Of a DNA stretch of 31,603 nucleotides, positions 1 to 8,682 are shown piece after piece (the stretch's first letter is position 1; every line of letters starts with the position of its first letter). This stretch comes from a virus. Taxonomy: Duplodnaviria > Heunggongvirae > Uroviricota > Caudoviricetes. The notes beneath the pieces are model-generated. The model was not told the DNA's origin, did no database searches, and saw only the letters and a program-made list of their open reading frames with translations. Position numbers and translations under genes: made by a program. The DNA is taken from IMG/VR virus record IMGVR_UViG_3300037067_004979, positions 74,733 to 106,335 of that record; one strand, written 5' to 3'.

Positions 1-1
1 T

Positions 2-112
2 TCAGTTGAGGTTTATTGGGGTGCAATAAAGGGATGTACTTTTAGAAGATCTGGTGGTATTGAGAATAGATGGGACTACTCACTGGATTTTATAGTAATT
101 GGTAGGGTATAA
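2..112 (+). CDS. 3' end of upstream gene, probably a tail component (partial)
   Basis: Open frame SVEVYWGAIKGCTFRRSGGIENRWDYSLDFIVIGRV* ends at TAA 110-112, overlapping the ATG of the tail gene (TAATG). Confidence 0.6.
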   Translation, partial: SVEVYWGAIKGCTFRRSGGIENRWDYSLDFIVIGRV

Positions 113-2916
113 TGACTGCATATACTAAATCTCTAACTACATCAGTATCAGTGATAAAAAAGTTTACATTTCCTGGTGTTTATGCCGGTACAAAGGTATT
201 CTATAGTAATGGTTCTTCTCCTGAGTTATGGACAGAGGAGAATGCCAAGATAAAGACAATTATTACAGATACTATAACAGGTAGATCTAGAAAGGCTGAG
301 ATTCACATATCAAATCAACGTAATGTTAAGGAACCAAATTATCCTTCATATCGTAGGATAAAGATAAGAGATGGTAAGTCAGGAATAATTATATTTAGAG
401 GAAGAGTTGAGGTATCAGAGCCATATTATGATAATAGCTATGGACAGGTTCTCAAGGTTGTTGCAAGAGATTACTCTGCTGAGTTATTTGAGCGTAAGAT
501 AAATTCAGACTATACAGTAACACCTGGTGCAGTAAAAAGAAGTGCTCTAGTAAAGCAGATTGTGGATGATTATACCAGTAATGTTAGTCCACATGCAATA
601 GACACGTCAACATACGTTGAGACGTCTGGATCATCTAGTACAGTATCAAAGAATTACACTAATTCTGGTAGGACAGCTATAGACATAATTGAGGAATTAG
701 CTAAGGAAGATCCTTGGACAGATGAGACATGGTCTGGTTCTGGTAGTGTAATTTTATATTCAGCACCAATGACATATACAGAGAAGAAAACAGAGGCAGA
801 TGGTGGAACTGGTGATTTTGTACCATTTACGTCTACCTCAGGACACATATATCTAGGTCAGAATAATCCATTTCTGGGTGCTATATTTGATCTAACAACT
901 AATGGTACATACTCAGGAGTTACCTGGCAATACTACAATGGTGCTACCTGGGTAGCTTTAACAATGAATACAAATTACTCTTTTGCATCAGATGGTAGTG
1001 TTAAGTGGGTAATACCGACTGACTGGGGTACATATACAATTCCTTTCACATCCACAACAAAATACTTTGTTAGGGCGGTGTGTACTACAATAACATCAAA
1101 TGCACAGATACATACAATAGCATGTATACCGGGATACGGTTATGATTACTATGTAGATGATAATCAAAAATTTCACTACTTTAGAAGAGGATCTAGTCCA
1201 TCTGGTGGTGCTCTTGCTTCTGGTTTAATAATCTCTCTTACAGATTCTGCTGGTAACTATACCAGGAAAATGCAGTATGACTACTCTCTTTCAGAGCAAC
1301 CAAAAGAGATAGTTACCAGAGTAACAAGTAAGGGCACATCCTCTGATGGTACAACTGTAAGTTATACAGCAACAAACACAACACTTGAAACAACCTATGG
1401 CATAACAAAGGAAAAGGTTGATTATGTGTGGGGCAGTAATTTAAGTTCAGTAGATCTAACTACATATTGTACAAGTAGAGCAAAAGCCCTGTTAACTCAG
1501 ACATCTACAGATATATACAGAGGCACAGTAAAAATAAATAAGTATCCATACTTTAACAGATCCACCAACACATTAGTTAGAGCAGGTGATGTTGTGAGAT
1601 TAAAGATATCACCAAAGAGTGTTGATGCTGATTATGTTATTCTTGAGGTTAGATATGAGGAGCCAGATGGATTTTCAATAATAGAGGTTGTTTCTGATGT
1701 ATATGGTAGATCTCTATCACCAATGGATGCTGTCTCTCAGCTGAAATCAATGAAGCTTGGAGAGGATTCTATCATACCCAGCGCCAGAATAATAGATCTT
1801 GTTGTAGATAATGCTAAGATAGGATCCTGTTCAATTGATAAGCTTACAGTAGGTACACTGGATGTTGTTGGTACAATTGGTAGTGGCGAGTGGACAACTG
1901 GTACAGGTAGTAGAGTTGTTTTTGATACTGATGGAATATCTGGTGTTAGTCAGTATACTCTTTTGTTTGGGTGGTATGGTGCTTTGTCTGCAGTTGGTTC
2001 TCTTGGCACAACAAATGTGTGGTTACAGAGATTTACATGTACTAAATCAGGCACCTTAGATATAGTTAAGGCTCAGTGTGGAGGAGCAGGACACATTAAG
2101 TTGTGTCTGTATTCAGATTCTGGTTCTTTACCAAGTAGTCTATTAGCTAGTCAAGCAGAACAGGATATCGTTACTGGATGGAATAATCTTACATTTACTG
2201 GATATTCTGTTGTTGAGGGTACTACGTATTGGCTTGGATTCCAGTCACAAACTGCTGGTGTGGGATATATGACAGTTGGTTCTGGTACATACTCAGTGAG
2301 ATACAAAGCACACACATATGCAGATGCATTTGATAATCCAATATCTAGTACATCTGCTGATCTAACTCATGCACCACTTCTAGGTGCCTATGAAGATACA
2401 GAAGAAATACAATTCCAACTGGATTCTTTGGATGGTTCTGTACTAGCTTCTGCAGGAAAAATAACAATAGATGGGAATGGATTAACTATATATGATAGCA
2501 CAGATGATTTTAGTTATTTAAAATTTATTTCTCCCAGTGAAGATAGGAGTGCTAGATTTCTATGGATAGATAATGATGAATTTAATATTGTAACTGATCA
2601 TGATTTGGATATAAATTCATATGGTACCTTTGTGCTGGCTTCATCTGAATTATTGTGTTTATATGGGGGCACAAATATACAGATAGAAAGTAATATGTTA
2701 CCAGTTACAGATACAGCATATCCTAATGCTGGTTATGACATTGGTAGTAGTTCCTATGCTTTTAAGAGTGTTTATGCAAGAAATCATGTTATAGTAGATC
2801 CAGGATTTTCTGATGCCATAACTGGTGTACTATTCTGTGTGATGGATTCCCCACCAAAGTTGGGTGTCTATACTGGTAGTCAATGGAAATATGTTGAATT
2901 GAGTAATACACTATGA
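112..2916 (+). CDS. Phage tail protein (baseplate hub/late-control-D-like N-terminus with beta-rich receptor-binding-type domains)
   Basis: 934 aa, Thr/Ser/Gly/Tyr-rich. N-terminal IFRGRVE...LKVVARDY typical of tail hub proteins; NAKIGSCSIDKLTVG typical of tail fibre/host-specificity proteins; beta-sandwich-like inserts. Confidence 0.75.
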   Translation: MTAYTKSLTTSVSVIKKFTFPGVYAGTKVFYSNGSSPELWTEENAKIKTIITDTITGRSRKAEIHISNQRNVKEPNYPSYRRIKIRDGKSGIIIFRGRVEVSEPYYDNSYGQVLKVVARDYSAELFERKINSDYTVTPGAVKRSALVKQIVDDYTSNVSPHAIDTSTYVETSGSSSTVSKNYTNSGRTAIDIIEELAKEDPWTDETWSGSGSVILYSAPMTYTEKKTEADGGTGDFVPFTSTSGHIYLGQNNPFLGAIFDLTTNGTYSGVTWQYYNGATWVALTMNTNYSFASDGSVKWVIPTDWGTYTIPFTSTTKYFVRAVCTTITSNAQIHTIACIPGYGYDYYVDDNQKFHYFRRGSSPSGGALASGLIISLTDSAGNYTRKMQYDYSLSEQPKEIVTRVTSKGTSSDGTTVSYTATNTTLETTYGITKEKVDYVWGSNLSSVDLTTYCTSRAKALLTQTSTDIYRGTVKINKYPYFNRSTNTLVRAGDVVRLKISPKSVDADYVILEVRYEEPDGFSIIEVVSDVYGRSLSPMDAVSQLKSMKLGEDSIIPSARIIDLVVDNAKIGSCSIDKLTVGTLDVVGTIGSGEWTTGTGSRVVFDTDGISGVSQYTLLFGWYGALSAVGSLGTTNVWLQRFTCTKSGTLDIVKAQCGGAGHIKLCLYSDSGSLPSSLLASQAEQDIVTGWNNLTFTGYSVVEGTTYWLGFQSQTAGVGYMTVGSGTYSVRYKAHTYADAFDNPISSTSADLTHAPLLGAYEDTEEIQFQLDSLDGSVLASAGKITIDGNGLTIYDSTDDFSYLKFISPSEDRSARFLWIDNDEFNIVTDHDLDINSYGTFVLASSELLCLYGGTNIQIESNMLPVTDTAYPNAGYDIGSSSYAFKSVYARNHVIVDPGFSDAITGVLFCVMDSPPKLGVYTGSQWKYVELSNTL

Positions 2917-3395
2917 AGAATATATCTATACTTATTTTACTTTTAATCCTAGTAATACTATCTGGGGTTATGCTAAATATACTCGATATGAAAAATAAGC
3001 AGATTACTCTATTAGAAAGAGATATATTAACCCTAAATACTGATAATCGAGATCTAACCAGTAGTATTAATAAGATATCAGGACTATACACTGTGGAAAA
3101 GACTCTAACAAAGTGGGAAAATCTGAAGGATTTTGATTCTATGACAGAATTAAGGAAGTTCTTAGATCAGGATAAAACCAATGAACTCAAGTATATAGAT
3201 GGTTTACGGGAGTGTGTTGAATTTTCTATAATATTACAGAATAGTGCTGCTAGGGCTGGGTATAGAATGTCACTACAGACAAATATAGAGGATAGACACA
3301 TGATTAATTCAGTTATAGTAAATACACCAAAACCAGTGGTTGTGTTTATAGAACCACAGACAGATGAGTTTGAGCCTGTAATTTTGGTGAGATAA
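2913..3395 (+). CDS. Membrane-anchored protein with coiled coil and putative transglutaminase/papain-like Cys protease domain
   Basis: N-terminal hydrophobic helix ISILILLLILVILSGVML, heptad segment, then FLDQDKTN..Y....ECVEFS..L...A..AGY......HMIN......FIEPQTD with a candidate Cys/His/Asn triad. Confidence 0.55.
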   Translation: MKNISILILLLILVILSGVMLNILDMKNKQITLLERDILTLNTDNRDLTSSINKISGLYTVEKTLTKWENLKDFDSMTELRKFLDQDKTNELKYIDGLRECVEFSIILQNSAARAGYRMSLQTNIEDRHMINSVIVNTPKPVVVFIEPQTDEFEPVILVR

Positions 3396-4085
3396 ATGAG
3401 AATACTAAAAAATATCATACTAGCTCTAATCATATCCACCATACTATCGTTACCAATTGGATATATTGTGATAACATCAGATATACAACCAGTAAAGAAT
3501 ACAACTATTGTGGATAATGTATCTGTAGTTAAACCAAGTGAAAATTTTACACCAACAAAAAATAATGATACAATAAATGTGTCCATATCCAAGCTAAAAT
3601 ATATATATAAGTACCAATTTGTTGATATAGAAAAAACATATGTAAGAGTAGGATATCCTTCACCAAATATAACATTTAGGGTATTTAGTGAAGAGAATGA
3701 AGAAACACCATTAGATAATATGAAAACATATTCACTCATTGATTTTAGGGGTAAGGATGTAGTCTTAAATTTCTGGGCCTCATGGTGTGATCCATGTAGA
3801 GAGGAATTTCCAGTATTTCAAGAATTCCATAGTTCAAATCCAGATGTTGTTGTTTTGATGATTGATGTAGATAATTCAGATTATAGGGATGCTAGAAACT
3901 TCATTAATAGAAATGCATATACTCTGCCAGTTGTTTATGATGGTAAGCTAACATCTGACGTATATGGACTGTATGGCATACCTAGATCAATATATATAGA
4001 TAAGACTGGATTAGTTAAGAGAATTAAGATAGGTTATTTTATAGATGTTAATGAATTGAGCATTTTTGTTAGGGGTATTAAATGA
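3396..4085 (+). CDS. Membrane-anchored TlpA/ResA-like thiol-disulfide oxidoreductase (redoxin)
   Basis: N-terminal TM/signal; SLIDFRGKDVVLNFWASWCDPCREEFP (CxxC); YGLYGIPRSIYIDKTG cis-Pro loop. Confidence 0.9.
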   Translation: MRILKNIILALIISTILSLPIGYIVITSDIQPVKNTTIVDNVSVVKPSENFTPTKNNDTINVSISKLKYIYKYQFVDIEKTYVRVGYPSPNITFRVFSEENEETPLDNMKTYSLIDFRGKDVVLNFWASWCDPCREEFPVFQEFHSSNPDVVVLMIDVDNSDYRDARNFINRNAYTLPVVYDGKLTSDVYGLYGIPRSIYIDKTGLVKRIKIGYFIDVNELSIFVRGIK

Positions 4086-4327
4086 ATATCAAGGTATTTA
4101 CAATAGTGTTATCAGAGGATGACAGTGGTAAGAAATATCTTTCTTGGTATGGTAATATGAATATAAGAGAGGCCATTGGTGCTTGCCAAGAGATATTTTC
4201 CAAGGAAGAAAAAATAAAGGCTGTAGAGGAGTATAAGAGAGGTACTCAAAATGGAAGTGATTTGCCCAAGTTGTCACAGTTCGAACATAATCAGTCAGAA
4301 AAAGTGGACGAACAAGAGACTAATTAG
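4082..4327 (+). CDS. Hypothetical protein
   Basis: 81-aa ORF with ATGA overlap on the upstream gene. Confidence 0.6.
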   Translation: MNIKVFTIVLSEDDSGKKYLSWYGNMNIREAIGACQEIFSKEEKIKAVEEYKRGTQNGSDLPKLSQFEHNQSEKVDEQETN

Positions 4328-4412
4328 AAAGAGTCAGGCATTCATTCGATGTGAATCCTGTGGTAAACAGGTATTCTATACAATATTATCAAAATACACA
4401 GACAAAAAATAA
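4251..4412 (+). CDS. Small zinc-ribbon protein (53 aa, not in ORF track)
   Basis: MEVICPSCHSSNIISQKKWTNKRLIRKSQAFIRCESCGKQVFYTILSKYTDKK*; two CxxC pairs; GAGAGG upstream; overlaps previous ORF by 77 nt. Confidence 0.6.
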   Translation: MEVICPSCHSSNIISQKKWTNKRLIRKSQAFIRCESCGKQVFYTILSKYTDKK

Positions 4413-4440
4413 CTAAATTTTAATGTTTTTATAGTATAAT
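4405..4440 (+). promoter_or_regulatory. Putative sigma70-type promoter (A-tract plus TATAAT)
   Basis: TATAAT at 4435-4440 in an AT-rich intergenic gap, 30 nt before ATG 4471; no clear -35. Confidence 0.4.
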
Positions 4441-4470
4441 TAAACAAATAAAAAGTGGGGTAAAAACAAA

Positions 4471-4737
4471 ATGAAAATTGCAGATGCACTACTTCTTCAG
4501 AAGGATATCTCTGAGGAAATCAATCGACTTCGATCTATGGCAAAGGCTGAGGGGTGGGAATACAGATCAACTGATCCAAATGCTAAGTGGGTTCAGACAT
4601 TTGATCTAGAGGAAAATCACAAGAGAGTTAAGACTCTCATGAGGCTACAGAGAAAGATCAGCCGATCCATATCAATTGCTAATAACACTCTTGAAGTACC
4701 TGGTCTTAATGATCAGGATTTCTCTGAGTGGTTATAG
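4471..4737 (+). CDS. DIP1984/DUF6847-like small helical protein
   Basis: MKIADALLLQKDISEEINRLR...ISRSISIANNTLEV resembles the MKLAEAL..R.D...I..L / I...N pattern of that family (recalled, not searched). Confidence 0.5.
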   Translation: MKIADALLLQKDISEEINRLRSMAKAEGWEYRSTDPNAKWVQTFDLEENHKRVKTLMRLQRKISRSISIANNTLEVPGLNDQDFSEWL

Positions 4738-4744
4738 ACTAATT

Positions 4745-4942
4745 CTCTGGTGTTCTAGGCTTAAATGGTAAATCCTTCACATCCTAGAGTGATCAGCCAG
4801 GGTGGAGAATAGAGATTATTATATCTGGTAAAAACAGAATACTTATCCCAAAAGTTAACCCTAAAATTTGTGTAAAGGGGTCCAGGGATGGAGTAAAGTT
4901 TTGATTATCTATTTTAGAGAGTGTTTTTATTTCTATTCTCCA
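4745..4942 (+). ncRNA. Candidate structured non-coding RNA upstream of tRNA
   Basis: No credible ORF. Helix CTCTGG(4745-50)/CCAGGG(4797-4802) with inner TTCTAGG/CCTAGAG; abutting 14-bp helix 4803-4816/4929-4942 (13 WC + 1 GU) enclosing AAAAC/GTTTT, TACT/AGTA and ATCCC/GGGAT stems. Confidence 0.45.
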
Positions 4943-4947
4943 GTTAT

Positions 4948-5022
4948 CGCGAGGAGGGAAAGGTGGTAATCCGTGGGTCTCATAAACCTGAGAAGGAGGT
5001 TCAACTCCTCCCCTCGCTACCA
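4948..5022 (+). tRNA. tRNA-Met(CAT), initiator-like
   Basis: Cloverleaf: acceptor GCGAGG/CCTCGC with C1:U72 mismatch, D stem GGA/TCC with GG loop, anticodon loop CT-CAT-AA, T arm GGAGG-TTCAACT-CCTCC, discriminator A, encoded CCA. Confidence 0.9.
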
Positions 5023-5153
5023 AAGAATTCTATCATTACTCTTAAAAATACCTTAGATAGGTTGAAAAAAGAAGCAGTAGTTAATCCTGATGAGGAGTGG
5101 TATGAGTTTATTCAAGATATAAAAAGAGATCTCATGCTAAAAATATTGAGTGA

Positions 5154-5405
5154 ATGAAACTAGATTATGAATTGATACATCTATATTTTGTAAAAGTACA
5201 TCAGGGTTATATTAAAGGTATCTGTCCAGCCTGTGATAAACTGCAGGATGATGGTTTGTTTTGCTGGAGTTGTTACTTTAAGGCTTTTGGTAAGGGTAGT
5301 GATAGTGAAGGATATTATCGAAGAATCTACAATGAAGAACTATCACCAACTTATGAGAGATTCAAGGCTCTTTGTATGTTGAGGGAATTAAGGAATGAAT
5401 GCTAA
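5154..5405 (+). CDS. Zinc-finger hypothetical protein
   Basis: CPAC...CWSC; ends MLRELRNEC. Confidence 0.7.
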   Translation: MKLDYELIHLYFVKVHQGYIKGICPACDKLQDDGLFCWSCYFKAFGKGSDSEGYYRRIYNEELSPTYERFKALCMLRELRNEC

Positions 5406-5808
5406 GGATATAAGAAGATACTGGGTTAACAAGTGTAGGGATAAGAATAAGGATTTTCAATCTGATAAGTATGTGGTAGAGGTGATCCTGTTAAAGAAAC
5501 TAATAGATAGATATAGTGAATATGTGGTACTAGAAGCAATGGATCACTTTCTTGATGGCCCAGCAAAACCACTATCAATAATGTATTTTGCAAAATCAAG
5601 TGTTTTTGATTCTAAATTTAGTGATATAATAAAACTACAACCAATACTTAAGTATAAGAGATCACTAATGTCTGTATCAATGAGTATCAGAGATAGAATG
5701 CATGAGTTGATAGAAGAGTATTTATTGTATTCTAGGGCCTATACCCTATCAGATGAGGAAAAGCTTAGGAAACAATTTATAATAAAGGAATTAGAATCAC
5801 TGTGTTAG
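5395..5808 (+). CDS. Hypothetical protein (possible replication accessory)
   Basis: 137-aa helical ORF coupled to neighbours, two genes upstream of the helicase. Confidence 0.7.
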   Translation: MNAKDIRRYWVNKCRDKNKDFQSDKYVVEVILLKKLIDRYSEYVVLEAMDHFLDGPAKPLSIMYFAKSSVFDSKFSDIIKLQPILKYKRSLMSVSMSIRDRMHELIEEYLLYSRAYTLSDEEKLRKQFIIKELESLC

Positions 5809-5827
5809 ACTTAATTGGGAAAAATAG

Positions 5828-6154
5828 ATGAATTTATTTAAGAAAAATGGTTATAGAATAAGAGTATACCTAAAGGGAGAAATTAAGGTTTGTGGTTTTA
5901 AGAGTGACTGGTTTGATGTGGGGGATTATGGGGATTTAAAATTACAGCAGGACCTAGCTGAGAGATGGATTATGAGTGGTTGCATATTCATAAATAAGTC
6001 AGATACTGATGAGCATGCAGTTATACCCATTTCTAATGTGGAAAGAATAGAATTTATTGGCTATAAGAAAGCCAATGAACACCTGGAGAATAGAGATACT
6101 GATTTGGATACTAGATTTAAGAAGTTTTTGAGAGATACAAAATTAGAACAGTAA
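5828..6154 (+). CDS. Hypothetical protein
   Basis: 108-aa ORF, GGGA upstream, coding-like composition. Confidence 0.7.
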   Translation: MNLFKKNGYRIRVYLKGEIKVCGFKSDWFDVGDYGDLKLQQDLAERWIMSGCIFINKSDTDEHAVIPISNVERIEFIGYKKANEHLENRDTDLDTRFKKFLRDTKLEQ

Positions 6155-6176
6155 TATAGAGGAATTTTATAATAGT

Positions 6177-7391
6177 ATGTACCCTAAGGAATATGAAGAT
6201 AAATTAATCTCTTTTATAAGAGAACCAGATAACCTAGCACAGATACTTATTAGTGGTGTTACGTCTGATACATTTAATATCAGAAGGGATGTATTTGATT
6301 TTATTATAAAGTATAAGAATAAGTATAGTAATGTGCCATCTAAGTCTGTTATAGAGGCAAACTTCCAAGATTTTAAGGTTGTGGATAATGTTAAGCCAGA
6401 GGAAACAAAATTCTATATTGATGAGTTAAAGAAGTTTGAGATAAAGAGAAAAGCGCGTAAAATTCTAGACAAGAGTGTTGATATGATGGAGAGTGATCCA
6501 TATGGATGTTTGGATTATCTCATTGCAAAACTTCCAGCACTGAGAAAAACATCTGATTATACAAGGAGTTATACTGATAGGGAAGCAGAATCTAGATATG
6601 AGGATTATATAAACAGATCCACACTGAATGCACAGGGATTAACTGTTGGTATCAGGACTGGATTCTCCATACTTGATGATAAGTTAATGGGTTGGCAAAG
6701 AGGTAATTTAATAACCATAGTAGCATCATCTGGTAAGGGCAAGACTTGGTTAGCCCAGTATTTAGCAGCATTTCCATATGTTATGGAAGAACAGAGAGTA
6801 CTATTTCTTGAGCCAGAAATGTCTATATCTGAATCTGAACTAAGATGGGACACCATTGTTGGTAAGTTGATGGGTTATAAGTTTTCTAACAAGGGTCTCA
6901 GTGTAGGTACTGGTGTCAACAAGCATGAGTACAAGGAATTTCTAGATAAGGTTTCTAAGAATGAGCGATGGTTAACACTTACATCAGATAATAGAAAGAG
7001 ATTTACAATACAATCAATAGAGGCTGAGGTGGAGAAGTTTTCACCAGACATAGTAGTTCTTGATGGTTTTCTTTTACTGGATATAGGAGTAAAGGATTGG
7101 ACTACCATGGAAGATGCTGCTGCAGGAATCAAGAACATAGCACAAAATTATAACTTAATATTTATAGTTACTGCACAAGCCTCTAGATCAGCTAAGGATG
7201 AGATGCCTGAAATTCATGAGGTATTTGGTGGGGAGGCTCTAAGACATCAGTCAGACTGTATGATAATGATGTCTGATACAGATGAACCAAAGGTTAGAAA
7301 GATAGTCATACCAAAGAGAAGAAATGGTGAGCCCATAAATAAGCCAATTAAGATATCATTTGATGTAGACATAGGTGCAATAGGTATTTGA
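6177..7391 (+). CDS. dnaB: DnaB-like (SF4) replicative helicase
   Basis: Walker A ASSGKGKT; FLEPEMS; Walker B IVVLDG; VTAQASR; D..IMM...KRRNG arginine-finger region. Confidence 0.9.
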   Translation: MYPKEYEDKLISFIREPDNLAQILISGVTSDTFNIRRDVFDFIIKYKNKYSNVPSKSVIEANFQDFKVVDNVKPEETKFYIDELKKFEIKRKARKILDKSVDMMESDPYGCLDYLIAKLPALRKTSDYTRSYTDREAESRYEDYINRSTLNAQGLTVGIRTGFSILDDKLMGWQRGNLITIVASSGKGKTWLAQYLAAFPYVMEEQRVLFLEPEMSISESELRWDTIVGKLMGYKFSNKGLSVGTGVNKHEYKEFLDKVSKNERWLTLTSDNRKRFTIQSIEAEVEKFSPDIVVLDGFLLLDIGVKDWTTMEDAAAGIKNIAQNYNLIFIVTAQASRSAKDEMPEIHEVFGGEALRHQSDCMIMMSDTDEPKVRKIVIPKRRNGEPINKPIKISFDVDIGAIGI

Positions 7392-7675
7392 TGAGTAGAG
7401 AGTGGATATTTTATAATGACTGTAGTGATTGTGGTAGATGCAATAGTGATATATATAAAATGTGTACAGTGAGGGATCCTAACTATGCAAGTTATAAATT
7501 AAATTAGAGATATTCTAAATCATACTCAATTCTCATTAATAAGGGCTATGAAAAATATCAAATACATTATTGTAAGGTCTATGAGATTCATTGTGTAATA
7601 GATCTAGACAGATGTGATCCTGTAGATTGTTCATGGGAAAAGGAATGTCAAATGTTGAGGGCTCTAGGTGATTAA
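7391..7675 (+). pseudogene. Cys-rich 94-codon ORF interrupted by one in-frame TAG (7505-7507)
   Basis: MSREWIFYNDCSDCGRC...YKLN*RYSKSY...HYCKVYEIHC..DLDRCDPVDC...ECQMLRALGD*; coupled starts and stops at both ends. Confidence 0.4.
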
Positions 7676-7829
7676 GGGTTTAATTGATGTAAAGAAGAGT
7701 ATTATAAATGACTTCAAGAAGGAATTGATGATAATGAAGTTAGATGAAAATAATAAAAAACAAGAGCGAAAACTAAAAATAATAAGAAAGTATTTACCAT
7801 GTAGCATAAAAAAAGAACTTCATGAATAG
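7668..7829 (+). CDS. Small basic hypothetical protein (53 aa, GTG start)
   Basis: Open frame VIKGLIDVKKS...IKKELHE* bridging the gap to primase; GAGG 7 nt upstream. Confidence 0.45.
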   Translation: MIKGLIDVKKSIINDFKKELMIMKLDENNKKQERKLKIIRKYLPCSIKKELHE

Positions 7830-8682
7830 AACAGATAAAATAAACCTAATTAAAAAAATAGGTATTAAGATAGATAAGGAAAGCTCATCTGGTGAGATAC
7901 AGTGTTTCTGCCCACTACATGATGACCATGAGCCATCACTAATGATTAACATAAATACTGGTAAGTATCAGTGTTTTTCTGGTTGCATTAGAGGAAGATC
8001 TCTAGAGGATCTAGTGAAAAAAATTACTGGAAGGGATATATACATTAACTCTGATGAAAGTTGGGGTGATTCATTTAAGGAAAAATTATATCCTAAGACT
8101 AAGAGCAGTATATTACCATCAATCCCATTACTACCATTAGCCGTGGGAAATCCAGGAGAGGAATACTTGATATCTAACAAGAGAAAGCTGGATCTAAATA
8201 TCATAAGTGAATTTAAGATAATGTATTGGGAACAGAGAAATGCTGTTGTGGTACCAATAGAGAATGTGGGTTACATGATTCGTGATATTGATGGTAAGAA
8301 GTTTAAATATGTTAATGGCACGAGAATCAATGATACACTATTTGGTTTAGAGAAAATTAATTTAAAGTCTAATGTTTTTATAATATTAGTTGAGGGTTGT
8401 TTTGATAAACTATGGTTACACAAGATAGGTTACAAAAATTCATTAGCTATAATGCATGGTGGTATATCAGATAGACAAGTGGAAATACTTAACTGGTTTC
8501 AGGTACCAATCTATATCATGATGGATAATGATGAGAATGGAGAGGGTAATAAGATCAGAGATCGTATATCTAACAGGTTAAGAGGTAAATTTAGGGTAAA
8601 GATTTGTGAATTACCAAGATTTAAGGATCCAAATGAATCAACAGAAATTGAAATTGCTGAATCAATTGAGAGCGCACATTAA
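7822..8682 (+). CDS. DNA primase (CHC2 zinc-binding plus TOPRIM)
   Basis: CFCPLHDDHEPS...CFSGC zinc domain; LVEGCFD and MDND TOPRIM acidic motifs; KDPNE. Confidence 0.9.
   Translation: MNRTDKINLIKKIGIKIDKESSSGEIQCFCPLHDDHEPSLMININTGKYQCFSGCIRGRSLEDLVKKITGRDIYINSDESWGDSFKEKLYPKTKSSILPSIPLLPLAVGNPGEEYLISNKRKLDLNIISEFKIMYWEQRNAVVVPIENVGYMIRDIDGKKFKYVNGTRINDTLFGLEKINLKSNVFIILVEGCFDKLWLHKIGYKNSLAIMHGGISDRQVEILNWFQVPIYIMMDNDENGEGNKIRDRISNRLRGKFRVKICELPRFKDPNESTEIEIAESIESAH

Noticed and set aside
4335-4360. Hairpin CAGG-ATTCA...TGAAT-CCTG
   Set aside because: It is short, lies inside the zinc-ribbon ORF 4251-4412, and has no U-tract; likely chance.
4793-5023. Minus-strand 76-aa ORF (MVARGGVEPP...)
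   Set aside because: It is the antisense shadow of the tRNA; GGVEP-type translations are typical of reversed T-arms.
4921-5157. 78-aa + strand ORF
   Set aside because: Its N-terminal half runs through the tRNA. At most the 3' part (possible TTG start near 5062, ending MLKILSE) is a real micro-ORF.
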